Origin: Candidatus Poribacteria bacterium
GTDB taxonomy: Bacteria > Poribacteria > WGA-4E > WGA-3G
Reading direction: 5' to 3'
DNA: 64,000 bases
Assembly (NCBI GenBank): GCA_965205015.1
Contig: OZ242029.1
Coordinates: 4,768,001 to 4,832,000, forward strand
Of the stretch, positions 51,012-60,771 are shown piece after piece. How positions within the stretch are numbered: the first letter of the stretch is position 1; each line of letters begins with the position of its first letter. Under the pieces are notes generated by a model. The model did not search any database. It had not been told where the DNA came from and was given only the letters and a program-made list of their open reading frames with translations. A program made the translations under genes and the position numbers.

Positions 51012-52612
51012 AGGAGAGTCGGATGAAAGGAATCTACGGGGTGCTGCTTTTGGTGTGCTGCGTGCTGCACCTCTATAGCGAAATAGGGGAGTCTGCCCTT
51101 GCAGACGATTCCAATCAGAAGGTGGATGCAGATGGAAATAGGCACAATGTGCTTACGCCGAATTGGGTGCCACAGCCGAGCGACATGGCACGCGTCGAAG
51201 AACAGCGACTTTTGGCTGTCGTTAAAACCGCACAGACAGCATTGATTGACGCCCCTAAAGATGCAACGGCGTGGGGGCAGTTAGGCAATGTCTACTTTGT
51301 CCACGGATGGGAGGCAGAAGCCGCCGAGTGTTACCGACGTGCCATCGAGATCGCGCCCACCGAATTCCGCTGGTTATACTACCTCGGATTGATTACCTAT
51401 AAAGTCGATCCCCAAGCCGCCACCCAAACGCTTGCCGAAGCCATCAAACTTGATCCGCGATACGCGCCTGCCCATATCTACCGCGCCGCCGCCCTCCGAA
51501 GTCTCGGACGCTTAGCGCAAGCGAAAACGCATCTTGAAACTGCTAACGAATTGGATCCTCGAAATCCGTATGCGTCTTTATGGCTCGGTGAACTCGCGCT
51601 TGGCGCCCAACAGTTTGAAATCGCACAAAGCCACCTGCAACGTGCCTTAAAACTGAATCCGGAACAGAGCGAAGCACACGCCGCACTGGCACAAGTTGCG
51701 AAGATCCTCGGAGAAACGGACACCGCTACCCAGCATGCGCACGCCTCACGGAAACGAACAAAATACACACCGCTGCACGATCCACTGTGGTGGGATGTCC
51801 TGAAACTCGGTGTAACCGCACAACGCTATGCCGAACGGGGAAACCGATACCTACAACAAGGGGACTTCACACGTGCGGTCAGTGCGTTAGAGATCGCAGT
51901 ATCAGGGCTTAATAAGGACCCACATCTCTGGCTGAATTATGGAATCGCGCGCCTGCTCAACAAGCAATATAGTGAAGCCGCTGCTGTTTTAGAGAACACA
52001 TTGACTGTTATCCGCGACACCGAGAACACACCCCGGAATCCAACGGATATCGCTGATTTAAAAGTCCAATGCCACTACAATTTAGGAGTCGCCTACTCTC
52101 ACGAGGGCAAAATCGAGAAAGCGATTACCGCCTATCAAACAGCGATTCAACTTGAACCGAATTTTGCCGACGCTTACGGTGGGCTTGGGGTGATATATTG
52201 GCGAACTGGAGACCTCAATGCAGCGATGCGCCACTGCCAAAAAGCGATTAAGATTGCGCCTGAAAACATCGAGTTTCATCAAAATTTGACGCAGATGTAT
52301 TGGCAGCAGGGGATGTACGATAGAGCCGCAATCGGATACCGGATTATCCTCGAACTGAATCCTTCAGATGAAAACGCCCTGCATCACCTCGGCATCATTT
52401 TGCTGTCGAAACAGGAGTACGATGAAGCGGTTTCCTGCTTCCAAAAAGTGCTGCAACGCAACCCGGACAATGCGCTAACACATGGAGCTTTAGGAACGGC
52501 TTACTACAAACTCGGGGAGGCAGATCTCGCTATTCGTGAATTCCAAGAGGTGCTACGTTTGGACCCGCAGAATCAAAATGCTCGCAAAATGCTCGAACGC
52601 CTCGGATACTAA
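51008..52612 (+). CDS. Secreted tetratricopeptide repeat protein
   Basis: More than ten TPR-like units (A..L.P..A.A...LG). Confidence 0.9.
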   Translation: MKESRMKGIYGVLLLVCCVLHLYSEIGESALADDSNQKVDADGNRHNVLTPNWVPQPSDMARVEEQRLLAVVKTAQTALIDAPKDATAWGQLGNVYFVHGWEAEAAECYRRAIEIAPTEFRWLYYLGLITYKVDPQAATQTLAEAIKLDPRYAPAHIYRAAALRSLGRLAQAKTHLETANELDPRNPYASLWLGELALGAQQFEIAQSHLQRALKLNPEQSEAHAALAQVAKILGETDTATQHAHASRKRTKYTPLHDPLWWDVLKLGVTAQRYAERGNRYLQQGDFTRAVSALEIAVSGLNKDPHLWLNYGIARLLNKQYSEAAAVLENTLTVIRDTENTPRNPTDIADLKVQCHYNLGVAYSHEGKIEKAITAYQTAIQLEPNFADAYGGLGVIYWRTGDLNAAMRHCQKAIKIAPENIEFHQNLTQMYWQQGMYDRAAIGYRIILELNPSDENALHHLGIILLSKQEYDEAVSCFQKVLQRNPDNALTHGALGTAYYKLGEADLAIREFQEVLRLDPQNQNARKMLERLGY

Positions 52613-52656
52613 TTATGGTAAAATATACAATTACCTACATACCAGAAGATTGGCGA

Positions 52657-52734
52657 GTGAGTGGGCAGGTACAAGACCTGTGAGTGGGCAGGTACAAGAC
52701 CTGTGAGTGGGCAGGTACAAGACCTGCCCCTACA
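52657..52734 (+). repeat. Three tandem 23-bp units ending in a REP-like palindrome
   Basis: GTGAGTGGGCAGGTACAAGACCT x3, then GCCCCTACA. Confidence 0.85.
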
Positions 52735-53077
52735 AACTTACTGTTACCCATAAGTATACGGGGTGGGGTAGGATTCGTTGAGTTTTTCTTGTGTAGGGTT
52801 GCCCCTTGTGTTATGTTTAAAAGGTCTTCTGAGTTTGGTCGTCGAAAGTATCTATTTCTTACAATAGATGCAAAGATGACGATGACTGCATGGATGGGGA
52901 GGAATGTCATGGTCCTTTCGTTAATGGATGGGGGACATGTCGTTAATACCGTCAATATAGGCTGTGGCGTAGACCGTCACAACCTTATTAACTTTTCAGT
53001 GTGTGGTAGTTTCTACTGCCACACACTCCCATATGCTGAGTTTATTAGGTCTTCTGAGAAATTTCGGAGGGATACAG

Positions 53078-54076
53078 ATGAAACGCATATTCATCTCTTA
53101 CATGCTTAGTGTGATACTACTATGTGCGAACGGCACTCCGCTTTTCGCAAAAGCACCGACGACCTCTAAAATCTTGTTTACCTCTACACGCGACGGAAAC
53201 AGAGAAATATACACCATGAACCCAGATGGCAGCGAACAGGTGAGACTCACACAACATCCTGGAACTGATCTGCAAGCCGTCTGGTCACCTACAGGCGAAA
53301 AGATTCTTTTCATCTCCGATCGCGGGGGGGAGCGAGACCTTTACCTGATGGACCCAGATGGAACCAACGTTCGACGCGTCTTCAAGAGAAAAACGAAAAT
53401 TTTTAGAACCCATCCAACATGGTCGCCAGATGGCAAACACATCGCTTATGTGAACATGCAGTGGAATAGTCTTAATTCTGATATCCGCATTGCGCGCCTT
53501 GGGGAACAAGAGGATGAACATATTGCGAAAGGCTGGTATCCCGCATGGTCGCCAGATGGCACTGAAATTGCCTACTCTGTAGACCAGCCATTCGCGTCTC
53601 AACTGACATTTATCAACGTCCAGACACGAGCGCAGGCACAACCGCTACCCATAAAAGCACTGATTTGGCAATACGATCCTTCTTGGTCGGCTGTGGGAGA
53701 TAGACTTGCCTTTACTGGGAACAAGCATCCGCTACCCGCCATCTTGGATAGGGATCTTCATAACGCATGGAAGAAGAAACAGACGATCTACATCGTCAAT
53801 CGAGACGGCTCCGGTCTCAAACAACTTGTTGGTGAAGGCCGACCTAAGGCACAGTATCCTGCGCTATCTCCGCATGGGGAAGAAGTTCTTTACACACAGC
53901 AAAAGAATGGAGATTTCCAAATCTTCAAACTTAATCTAAACAGCGGGGTTCGGACGCAGTTGACGCATATTTCATGGAATACTGGGGGAGATTGGTTTGA
54001 TCCTGCGTATGCGTTGCCCGTTTCACCACAACCCCAGCTGCTCACGACAACATGGGGAGAACTCAAACAGGAGTAG
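53078..54076 (+). CDS. Secreted TolB-like (PD40) beta-propeller
   Basis: FTSTRDGNREIY, WSPDG repeats; tail LLTTTWGELK. Confidence 0.85.
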   Translation: MKRIFISYMLSVILLCANGTPLFAKAPTTSKILFTSTRDGNREIYTMNPDGSEQVRLTQHPGTDLQAVWSPTGEKILFISDRGGERDLYLMDPDGTNVRRVFKRKTKIFRTHPTWSPDGKHIAYVNMQWNSLNSDIRIARLGEQEDEHIAKGWYPAWSPDGTEIAYSVDQPFASQLTFINVQTRAQAQPLPIKALIWQYDPSWSAVGDRLAFTGNKHPLPAILDRDLHNAWKKKQTIYIVNRDGSGLKQLVGEGRPKAQYPALSPHGEEVLYTQQKNGDFQIFKLNLNSGVRTQLTHISWNTGGDWFDPAYALPVSPQPQLLTTTWGELKQE

Positions 54077-54248
54077 GACCTATCGGAAACAGAGTCTTTC
54101 TCTACCTTGTCGATAAATTATTGTGAACGTAATATCAACAAGCTTCAAGTCCGACAGAAAAAAGGTAACTGATGAATGAACTCTCCTGAATTTGAAACCG
54201 CGTTTGAGGCACAATTTCAAAAACATACAAACGCATATCCACACGCCT

Positions 54249-54720
54249 TGGCACATTGAGGTCTATTTCAAAGTCCTGAAATCCGGCACCAAGGTGGAGC
54301 ACGCGCGATTGCAAACCAAAGACCGACTCCTGCGCTATATCGCTTTACTGAGTGTCATTGCGTAGCGACTCTACTGGATGACGCTCTTCAACCGGCACCT
54401 CCCAGAGGCAGATTGCACACAAGTGGTGACGGAAACTGAGTGGAGAGCGCTTTACGCCCTGACCCACAAGACCCGCACTTTCCCCAAGCCCCCCCACCGT
54501 TGCCCAAGTCGTGCTTTGGATCGCCAAACTCGGTGGGTTCTTGGGACGTCCGTCTGATGGTCCCCCCGGAGTGACCGTCTTATGGCGAGGGTGGCAACGG
54601 TTAACAGATATTTCCAACACTTTCGCGCTTTTTGACGAACTTGGAGAGAAGCAAACCTCTTAGAACTTAGAACCCCCAGCGACATACACCACAAAAAAAC
54701 TTGTGGGTAACAGTAAGCCC
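54249..54720 (+). mobile_element. IS4-family (IS50/Tn5-like) transposase 3' remnant
   Basis: WHIEVYFKVLKSG ... IAKLGGFLGRPSDGPPGVTVLWRGWQRL; in-frame TAG at 54363 and a frameshift in a C7 run near 54490. Confidence 0.85.
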
Positions 54721-54813
54721 TACAAAGATGGGCATCACATTTGCGATGCCCATCTTCGGTTCTTTTGGTTGCGGAAACAGCGTCTACTGCCAATTTCCGT
54801 CCCGTAGGATAAA

Positions 54814-55614
54814 TTATTCATGCACCCTAAGATACCCGACCTTTAGTGCACCCCATTTTGTGGATAACTTGTCCGCTGCCTCAACGGCATAAACCCGATC
54901 CATTGCCTCTTGGATTTCACCTTGATCCAGCGCGACGCTCCAGATAGCGACCTCATCGACGCGTCCAATGTAATGCTCGCGATTCCCTTCACTGTTGCGT
55001 CCGATCGACACAGGAACATCGTTGGTATCAATTTTACCCTTGGCATTCCCCTCCACTTCGACTTCACCATTATAGTAAAGTTTCATCTGGCTCCCATCGT
55101 AAGTGGCAGTTACATGCGTCCACTTTTTCGGGGGCAAGTTTGAAGTCGTAGCATCGCCGATCCGCTTTTCTGTCCCCTTATCCACAGAGATAATAAACCC
55201 CGTCTTTCCATTATTACCGCCAAACTCATAGAACCCATAGACCATCCATGGCGCGGTATCGCCTGCCCACGTCTTCACAATAATACGCAACCACTCATTT
55301 GTGAACTCGGTCGGATACATCCAACACATCAAGGTGATTTCGTCCGTGATATCCAAAGAATCGGAATCTGGCACTTCAATCCACCCCCCGGCGTCGCCGC
55401 TCAATTCGACGGCGTCGCCGTGTTTGCCCTTGGCGATCTTTCCTTTGTGAATCGTTGCATCATTCCCGTGTTTCGACTTATCTATGGCGGTATCCCCTTT
55501 TACTTCGTCGAAGGAAAGGTAGAGTGCCATATCGTCTTCTCGGACAGCCTCACTCATCGTGCTGAATGCGACAACGCATCCCAGTGTCAACAGAAATATA
55601 GCTAAAACCTTCAT
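54814..55614 (-). CDS. Secreted LamG-like jellyroll protein
   Basis: LYLSFDE, KWTHVTATYDG, VDEVAIW; tail KLSTKWGALK. Confidence 0.88.
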   Translation of the reverse strand: MKVLAIFLLTLGCVVAFSTMSEAVREDDMALYLSFDEVKGDTAIDKSKHGNDATIHKGKIAKGKHGDAVELSGDAGGWIEVPDSDSLDITDEITLMCWMYPTEFTNEWLRIIVKTWAGDTAPWMVYGFYEFGGNNGKTGFIISVDKGTEKRIGDATTSNLPPKKWTHVTATYDGSQMKLYYNGEVEVEGNAKGKIDTNDVPVSIGRNSEGNREHYIGRVDEVAIWSVALDQGEIQEAMDRVYAVEAADKLSTKWGALKVGYLRVHE

Positions 55615-55753
55615 GAAGTTTACCTCCTGTAGGGGCGGGGCTCCCCCGCCCGATGAAAATTCAGACGGTTTCTGCATATTACAGCATTTTTCGGGTAACG
55701 CCCTCATTTTAGCACAGTTTCCATATTTAGGCAAATTTTGTGAATAGGCAACC

Positions 55754-56566
55754 CTATTCACTTGCGACGGATCCATCTGTCCTGCCCTCTGTATCTTCCT
55801 CAGTCGTCTCTGAGGTCTTTAGCCTGTAGACCTCCTCCAAAAACCTATCGTAGCCAATAAAGCCAGTACCCCCCATCTTGTCAACGATAGGACTGGCGAT
55901 GACGCGTGCGAGTTCCAATCGACGGGGTCCGGGAAGCGTTGCCCGACGCGCAAGATATTCACGTATCACCCCCATCTCCGTCTCTGTCACCAATGCGGGT
56001 TGTATCCAGGCAGTATAGACAAATTCTCGAGGTGGAATGCTGATGGGTGCGTCATCTGCGTGTGAACCGGCACCGGTAAGTCTTAACGCCGAGCGCTCCG
56101 TTTTAATGACAATTGTCCCTGCCGCGAGGTCCCCCAACCGCTGCCATTTTCTGTTCACCACCATACAAAGCAAACCTGTAGCATAAAAGAAAGGCAGAAA
56201 ATCGATAATCCGCACCAGATTCCGGATCGCAGCATCTGCAAAACCGAGCGGATAGCCACCCTCCTTGATAACACGTAGACCGAGGGCGCGTTTGCCAAGG
56301 GTTTGACCGTTCGTGGTAACCTCGGACACGATATAATAACCCCAGAACAGCGCGAAGACGATAACCCCTCCCACCGCGCCGAGCCAGTTGCCGACGATAT
56401 CTCCGAGTTCGGAGATAAACCGCCTATTGACGTAATATCCGACGAGTGAAATCAGCGTAAGCAAGGCGGTATCAATGAGCGCCGCATAGAAACGAGAGCC
56501 GATGCCTGCCTGCTGGAACTTTATATCAATCTGTTCCGGTGTTTCCACGGATACCTGTTCGTTCAT
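55754..56566 (-). CDS. RDD family membrane protein
   Basis: AGIGSRFYAALID, GQTLGKRALGLRV, QRLGDLAAGT. Confidence 0.9.
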   Translation of the reverse strand: MNEQVSVETPEQIDIKFQQAGIGSRFYAALIDTALLTLISLVGYYVNRRFISELGDIVGNWLGAVGGVIVFALFWGYYIVSEVTTNGQTLGKRALGLRVIKEGGYPLGFADAAIRNLVRIIDFLPFFYATGLLCMVVNRKWQRLGDLAAGTIVIKTERSALRLTGAGSHADDAPISIPPREFVYTAWIQPALVTETEMGVIREYLARRATLPGPRRLELARVIASPIVDKMGGTGFIGYDRFLEEVYRLKTSETTEEDTEGRTDGSVASE

Positions 56567-56672
56567 GTGTAGAAGTCAGGAACCTTTCCCGATAAAATAG
56601 GTTGATTTTTAATACGGATGGGTGTTTAATTAGGGGTACCAGTTAACGGTTAAAAGGATACCCCTTAAAAAC

Positions 56673-57629
56673 ATGACCCCAACAGAATTCATTGCAAAAA
56701 AACAGAAAACCTGGGACGAACTTGAGGCACTCCTCAACCGTTCACGCGGTGCGAGTGCGAGTCACCTCAATCGGCTCGGGTATCTATACCGTCGCGTTAC
56801 GTCCGATTTAGCGGTCGCCCGACGCGATTTCCCACAAGATTCGTGCGTCCCATATCTCAACGCCCTCGCCTCACGCGCGCACGCCGCAGTCTACCAGACA
56901 TCCCCTTTTAAGCGGGGTTCATTGCGTCAGTTCCTTCTCTCCGGTTTCCCGAAAGTCTTTCGAGAGAATCTTATCTTCATCGGCGCCGCGTTCCTGATGT
57001 TCACCCTCTCATTTGCGGCGGCGTACTGGATCGCTTTAAGCACACCTGAACGTGCGGAACAACTCGTCCCCGAACGCTTCGTGTCTCACATCAAAGAGTT
57101 AGAAGACGGCACCTGGAACGATACTTCAGCAGAAAACCGAAACCTATTTGCCTCTTTCGTGATGACGAACAACATTCGGGTCGCATTTTTCGCCTTCGCT
57201 GGGGGCATCCTATTCATGGTCGGCACCGCCTACGTTTTAGTTATCAACGGCATTATCATCGGTGCAGTCGCCGGTCTGTGTCATGCCAATGGAGTTGCCC
57301 TTGCTCTCTGGTCGTTTGTATCGCCACACGGCTATATTGAACTCACAACGATTTTCATTGATGGCGGTGCTGGATTGAAATTAGGATACGCACTCATCGC
57401 CCCATCCTTTTTTACGCGGAAACGGACGTTGACAGATGCCGCGAGAACCGCGATTCAACTGCTCGGTGGGAGCGTTGCCTTGCTCGTCGTTGCCGGGATT
57501 ATTGAAGGTTTTGTGTCGCCTTCCGGTCTCCTCCCCTCCGTCAAAATCGGTTTCGGTGCTTTGACAGGAATCCTACTGTTCACCTACCTCTTTGCAACGA
57601 AAACCCTCAAATCTGAGACCTCGCCTTAA
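56673..57629 (+). CDS. Stage II sporulation protein M (DUF95) family membrane protein
   Basis: NNIRVAF, PHGYIEL, AGIIEGFVSP. Confidence 0.88.
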   Translation: MTPTEFIAKKQKTWDELEALLNRSRGASASHLNRLGYLYRRVTSDLAVARRDFPQDSCVPYLNALASRAHAAVYQTSPFKRGSLRQFLLSGFPKVFRENLIFIGAAFLMFTLSFAAAYWIALSTPERAEQLVPERFVSHIKELEDGTWNDTSAENRNLFASFVMTNNIRVAFFAFAGGILFMVGTAYVLVINGIIIGAVAGLCHANGVALALWSFVSPHGYIELTTIFIDGGAGLKLGYALIAPSFFTRKRTLTDAARTAIQLLGGSVALLVVAGIIEGFVSPSGLLPSVKIGFGALTGILLFTYLFATKTLKSETSP

Positions 57630-58962
57630 GTTCTAAATACTTATTTACGACCGCCATTGTCAACTGATGCGCGGGAACATCAATCGTGATGACGCCTCGA
57701 CGCCGCAGGATCTCTAATGTCGCATGTTTCTCCTGCAACAACCGCTCAGCGATTGCTTTCTGGTAAACCGACTTGGAATCCGTAGACTTCTGTTCCGCCA
57801 ATTCAACGATCCCGGAGTCCGTCAAGGTCACACAAGCAACGAGGTGATGTTTAGAGAGTTGCGACACATAGGCGGCGATCCCCTCAGCGGAATCGTTATC
57901 CAAGATGTCCGTAAATAGGAGGATGAGCGCACGTTTGCGCTGCTTTGCGGCGAGATACTTGAATGCCGCCTCAAAATCGGGTTCAACCGAGTGAACAGGG
58001 AGCGCATAGATCGTTTCCAGCATCGTGAGAAACTGCTTTTTGCCGGGTTTCGGCGCAAGGTATTGATGAACGGTATCCGCAAAAGCGATCAACCCGACTT
58101 TATCCCCCTTGAATGTCGAGACATACGCCGTCATCAAAGTCGCATTAATGGCATAATCCAATTTAAGCATCGCCTTTTGCGACAGAACCGCTGTCGCGGG
58201 GAGGGCAGTCGCTTCCAAAAGGATCGGCGACGCCATGAGCCTCCCCGTGTCCAACATAATGACGACATCCTGGCTCCGCTCTGTCTCAAATTCCCGAACA
58301 ATCGGTTTCCGTTGCCGCGCAGTGGCGTTCCAATCGATACGGCGGAAATCGTCATCGGGAAGATATTCACGGAGTCGCTCCATCTCCGTGCCTTCCCCGA
58401 ACCGTCGTGAATTCTTAAGCCCGATCTGATGGAGCATCCCACGTTTCACCAGGAGCTCATATTGTCGGACGGCTTGTAGGTTCGGATACACTTTTATTTC
58501 CATCGACGCTGGCACCCGTCGTTGCCGGATGACAAGCCCTAAGATCCCCTGACCCCGCAGATGTATATCTACGAACCGATAAATTCCGCGTCGCAACGGC
58601 GTGAGTCGATACGATATATCTGTTTGGTCCATCGGCTCAACAGAACAGTCGTGGACGATCGCATCGAACAGAAACTCGTCGGGGAAATCGTCTTTGAGAT
58701 GTGCCTTGAGTGGGTAGCGCGAACGATTGATGACCTTCAGTGTCACGACGTTCTCCACGCCCAACGAAAACTTGGAATTCATCTCGCGATGAACCTCAAC
58801 GCCTTTAAAGAGTGGATTGGTAAGGTAATCCACGGCACTGACGACAAAAAGCACCACCAAATATGCGCCACCGACAAATAACAGGTTCGGTGAAACGCCG
58901 CTCAGCACAACCGGAACGGCGCCTATCAGTAAGAAGAGGAGGAGACGGTTGCTTAAATGCAT
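57607..58962 (-). CDS. DUF58 / vWA-like protein
   Basis: LREYLPDDDFRRIDWNATAR, LDTGRLM. Confidence 0.9.
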   Translation of the reverse strand: MHLSNRLLLFLLIGAVPVVLSGVSPNLLFVGGAYLVVLFVVSAVDYLTNPLFKGVEVHREMNSKFSLGVENVVTLKVINRSRYPLKAHLKDDFPDEFLFDAIVHDCSVEPMDQTDISYRLTPLRRGIYRFVDIHLRGQGILGLVIRQRRVPASMEIKVYPNLQAVRQYELLVKRGMLHQIGLKNSRRFGEGTEMERLREYLPDDDFRRIDWNATARQRKPIVREFETERSQDVVIMLDTGRLMASPILLEATALPATAVLSQKAMLKLDYAINATLMTAYVSTFKGDKVGLIAFADTVHQYLAPKPGKKQFLTMLETIYALPVHSVEPDFEAAFKYLAAKQRKRALILLFTDILDNDSAEGIAAYVSQLSKHHLVACVTLTDSGIVELAEQKSTDSKSVYQKAIAERLLQEKHATLEILRRRGVITIDVPAHQLTMAVVNKYLELKARSQI

Positions 58963-59129
58963 TCTTTAATTATACCTTGCGGATAAATGATAGCATTTGT
59001 GATTTTAACGGTTTTTGTGTTCGAGTCGCCTGCGTGTTTTTGCTTGGGGTCTTTGCTTGGGTATTTCTGCGTATTTCTGCGTATTGTTGCAGGCTTGGTT
59101 TTCGCGTTTTTCATTTGCTGAAAACCATT

Positions 59130-60083
59130 CTATCGCGGAATTTCTGTCTCTGCGAGCAATCGATCAATCACATCGTCGGGCGTTAGACCCTCAATCTCGG
59201 CATCCGGCTTCAGGAGTATCCGATGCCGATAGACAGGCGGTGCCAAGAATTTGACGTCGTCGGGCAGAATATAATCCCGTCCTTGAAGTGCGGCGTAGGT
59301 TTTGCTCGCCAACAACAGCGCAATTGAGGCGCGTGGACTTCCGCCCAATACTAATTCATTGGACGCTCGCGATGCTTCCGCCAAACCGACAATATAATTG
59401 AAGATCGAATCCTCCACCGTGACGGCTTGGATCGCCTCCTGACATGCCTGAAGTGCTGCACTGTCAACGACACTCTCGATCCCTATTGTTTCCAAGCGTG
59501 TGGCATTAAAACCGCGATGATAGTTCATCAAAATCTCTGTTTCCACCTCTGGCAGCGGATAATCCACGCGCAATTTGAACAGAAACCGATCAAGCTGCGC
59601 TTCGGGAAGTGGGTAGGTGCCTTCGTACTCGATAGGATTTTGCGTTGCTAATACCATGAATGGCGGTGGGAGTTCATGGCGGACACCGTCAATGCTGACC
59701 TGCCGTTCCTCCATACACTCTAAGAGCGCCGATTGTGTTTTCGCCGGTGCGCGGTTGATCTCATCAGCGAGGAGGACATTCGTGAAAACGGGACCGCGCT
59801 TGAGGTTAAATTGGTTCGTCGTCAAATCGTAGACACTAGTACCGACAATGTCCGACGGCATCAGGTCAGGGGTAAACTGCACACGACTGAATTGCCCAGA
59901 GACTATCATTGCCAAGGTTTTCGCAACGAGTGTTTTCGCCGTCCCGGGTACCCCTTCTAACAGTACATGCCCCCCTGAAAACAGGCTGACGACAATCAGT
60001 TCAAAAAGCGCTGTCTGTCCAACAATAACTTTTTCTGCCTCTTGCTTCATCTTTTCAAAAACCGTTTGCACCAGATTTGTCAT
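59130..60083 (-). CDS. moxR: MoxR-family AAA+ ATPase
   Basis: [55 protein letters not shown]. Confidence 0.95.
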   Translation of the reverse strand: MTNLVQTVFEKMKQEAEKVIVGQTALFELIVVSLFSGGHVLLEGVPGTAKTLVAKTLAMIVSGQFSRVQFTPDLMPSDIVGTSVYDLTTNQFNLKRGPVFTNVLLADEINRAPAKTQSALLECMEERQVSIDGVRHELPPPFMVLATQNPIEYEGTYPLPEAQLDRFLFKLRVDYPLPEVETEILMNYHRGFNATRLETIGIESVVDSAALQACQEAIQAVTVEDSIFNYIVGLAEASRASNELVLGGSPRASIALLLASKTYAALQGRDYILPDDVKFLAPPVYRHRILLKPDAEIEGLTPDDVIDRLLAETEIPR

Positions 60084-60313
60084 ATTTTAATTTTTCCTTA
60101 CGGTTCGGTCAGTTCGGTTCGGACATTGACGTTCCTTTGCGTATATCTACGGGAAACACCCAAGCAATACGCAGAAATACCCTATCAAAAACACCCTGCG
60201 CCGTTGTTGCAGGCTGCGCGTTTTGTTGTTTCTTTAGACACGAATCCCCTGGCACCTTAGGGAAAAAACGCCGAACGGCTGGTAACCTTTTCAGGTTAAT
60301 TTAGACAAACTCT

Positions 60314-60583
60314 TTAATCCTGTAAGACATTGTTCGTAGCGGCCGCCTGTTTCACGGCTTCAACGACTTTATCAACATCTTCACTCGGGACAACGATTTC
60401 GACTTTCAATTTCGGGGCAACTTCGATTGTTGGTTCCTCGATAAGGTATAGGTCGATATCCCTCCGACCACGCCAGAACCCGCGAACCTCGCTAACCGTC
60501 ATACGCCGAACGCCTACGCTGCTGAGTGCCTCCTGCACCTTTTCCAACTTAAAAGGACAGATGACACATTCTATTTTTTTCAT
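60314..60583 (-). CDS. Truncated, divergent P-II family protein
   Basis: MKKIECVI.PFKL..V..AL...G...MTV.EV.GF and PKLKVEIVV; ends before the TGxxGDGKIF loop. Confidence 0.65.
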   Translation of the reverse strand: MKKIECVICPFKLEKVQEALSSVGVRRMTVSEVRGFWRGRRDIDLYLIEEPTIEVAPKLKVEIVVPSEDVDKVVEAVKQAAATNNVLQD

Positions 60584-60598
60584 ACCATTCTCCCTATT

Positions 60599-60691
60599 TA
60601 GGACTTACGCAATTTCTATGGAAGACCTACGGTCCACACGCCGCTGGCGAGGTTTCAAACCTCGACAGCAAAGGCGGCTGCGTAAGTGCTG
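60599..60691. mobile_element. MITE-like element, TIR AGGACTTACGCA, enclosing a GGCGAGGTT palindrome
   Basis: TAGGACTTACGCA ... TGCGTAAGTGCTG (imperfect right end). Confidence 0.5.
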
Positions 60692-60771
60692 TTATTGAAG
60701 TTATATTCCATGTGCTGCCTCTCAATCAAGACTTGCGATCAATCCAGATATCCAAAACCTCTTCCCGCAAT

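Noticed and set aside
52657-52734. Possible CRISPR array
   Set aside because: Units are contiguous with no spacers, and there are no cas genes in the window
52635-53109. ORFs on both strands between the TPR and TolB-like genes
   Set aside because: No recognisable motifs; they run through the tandem repeat and probable promoter DNA
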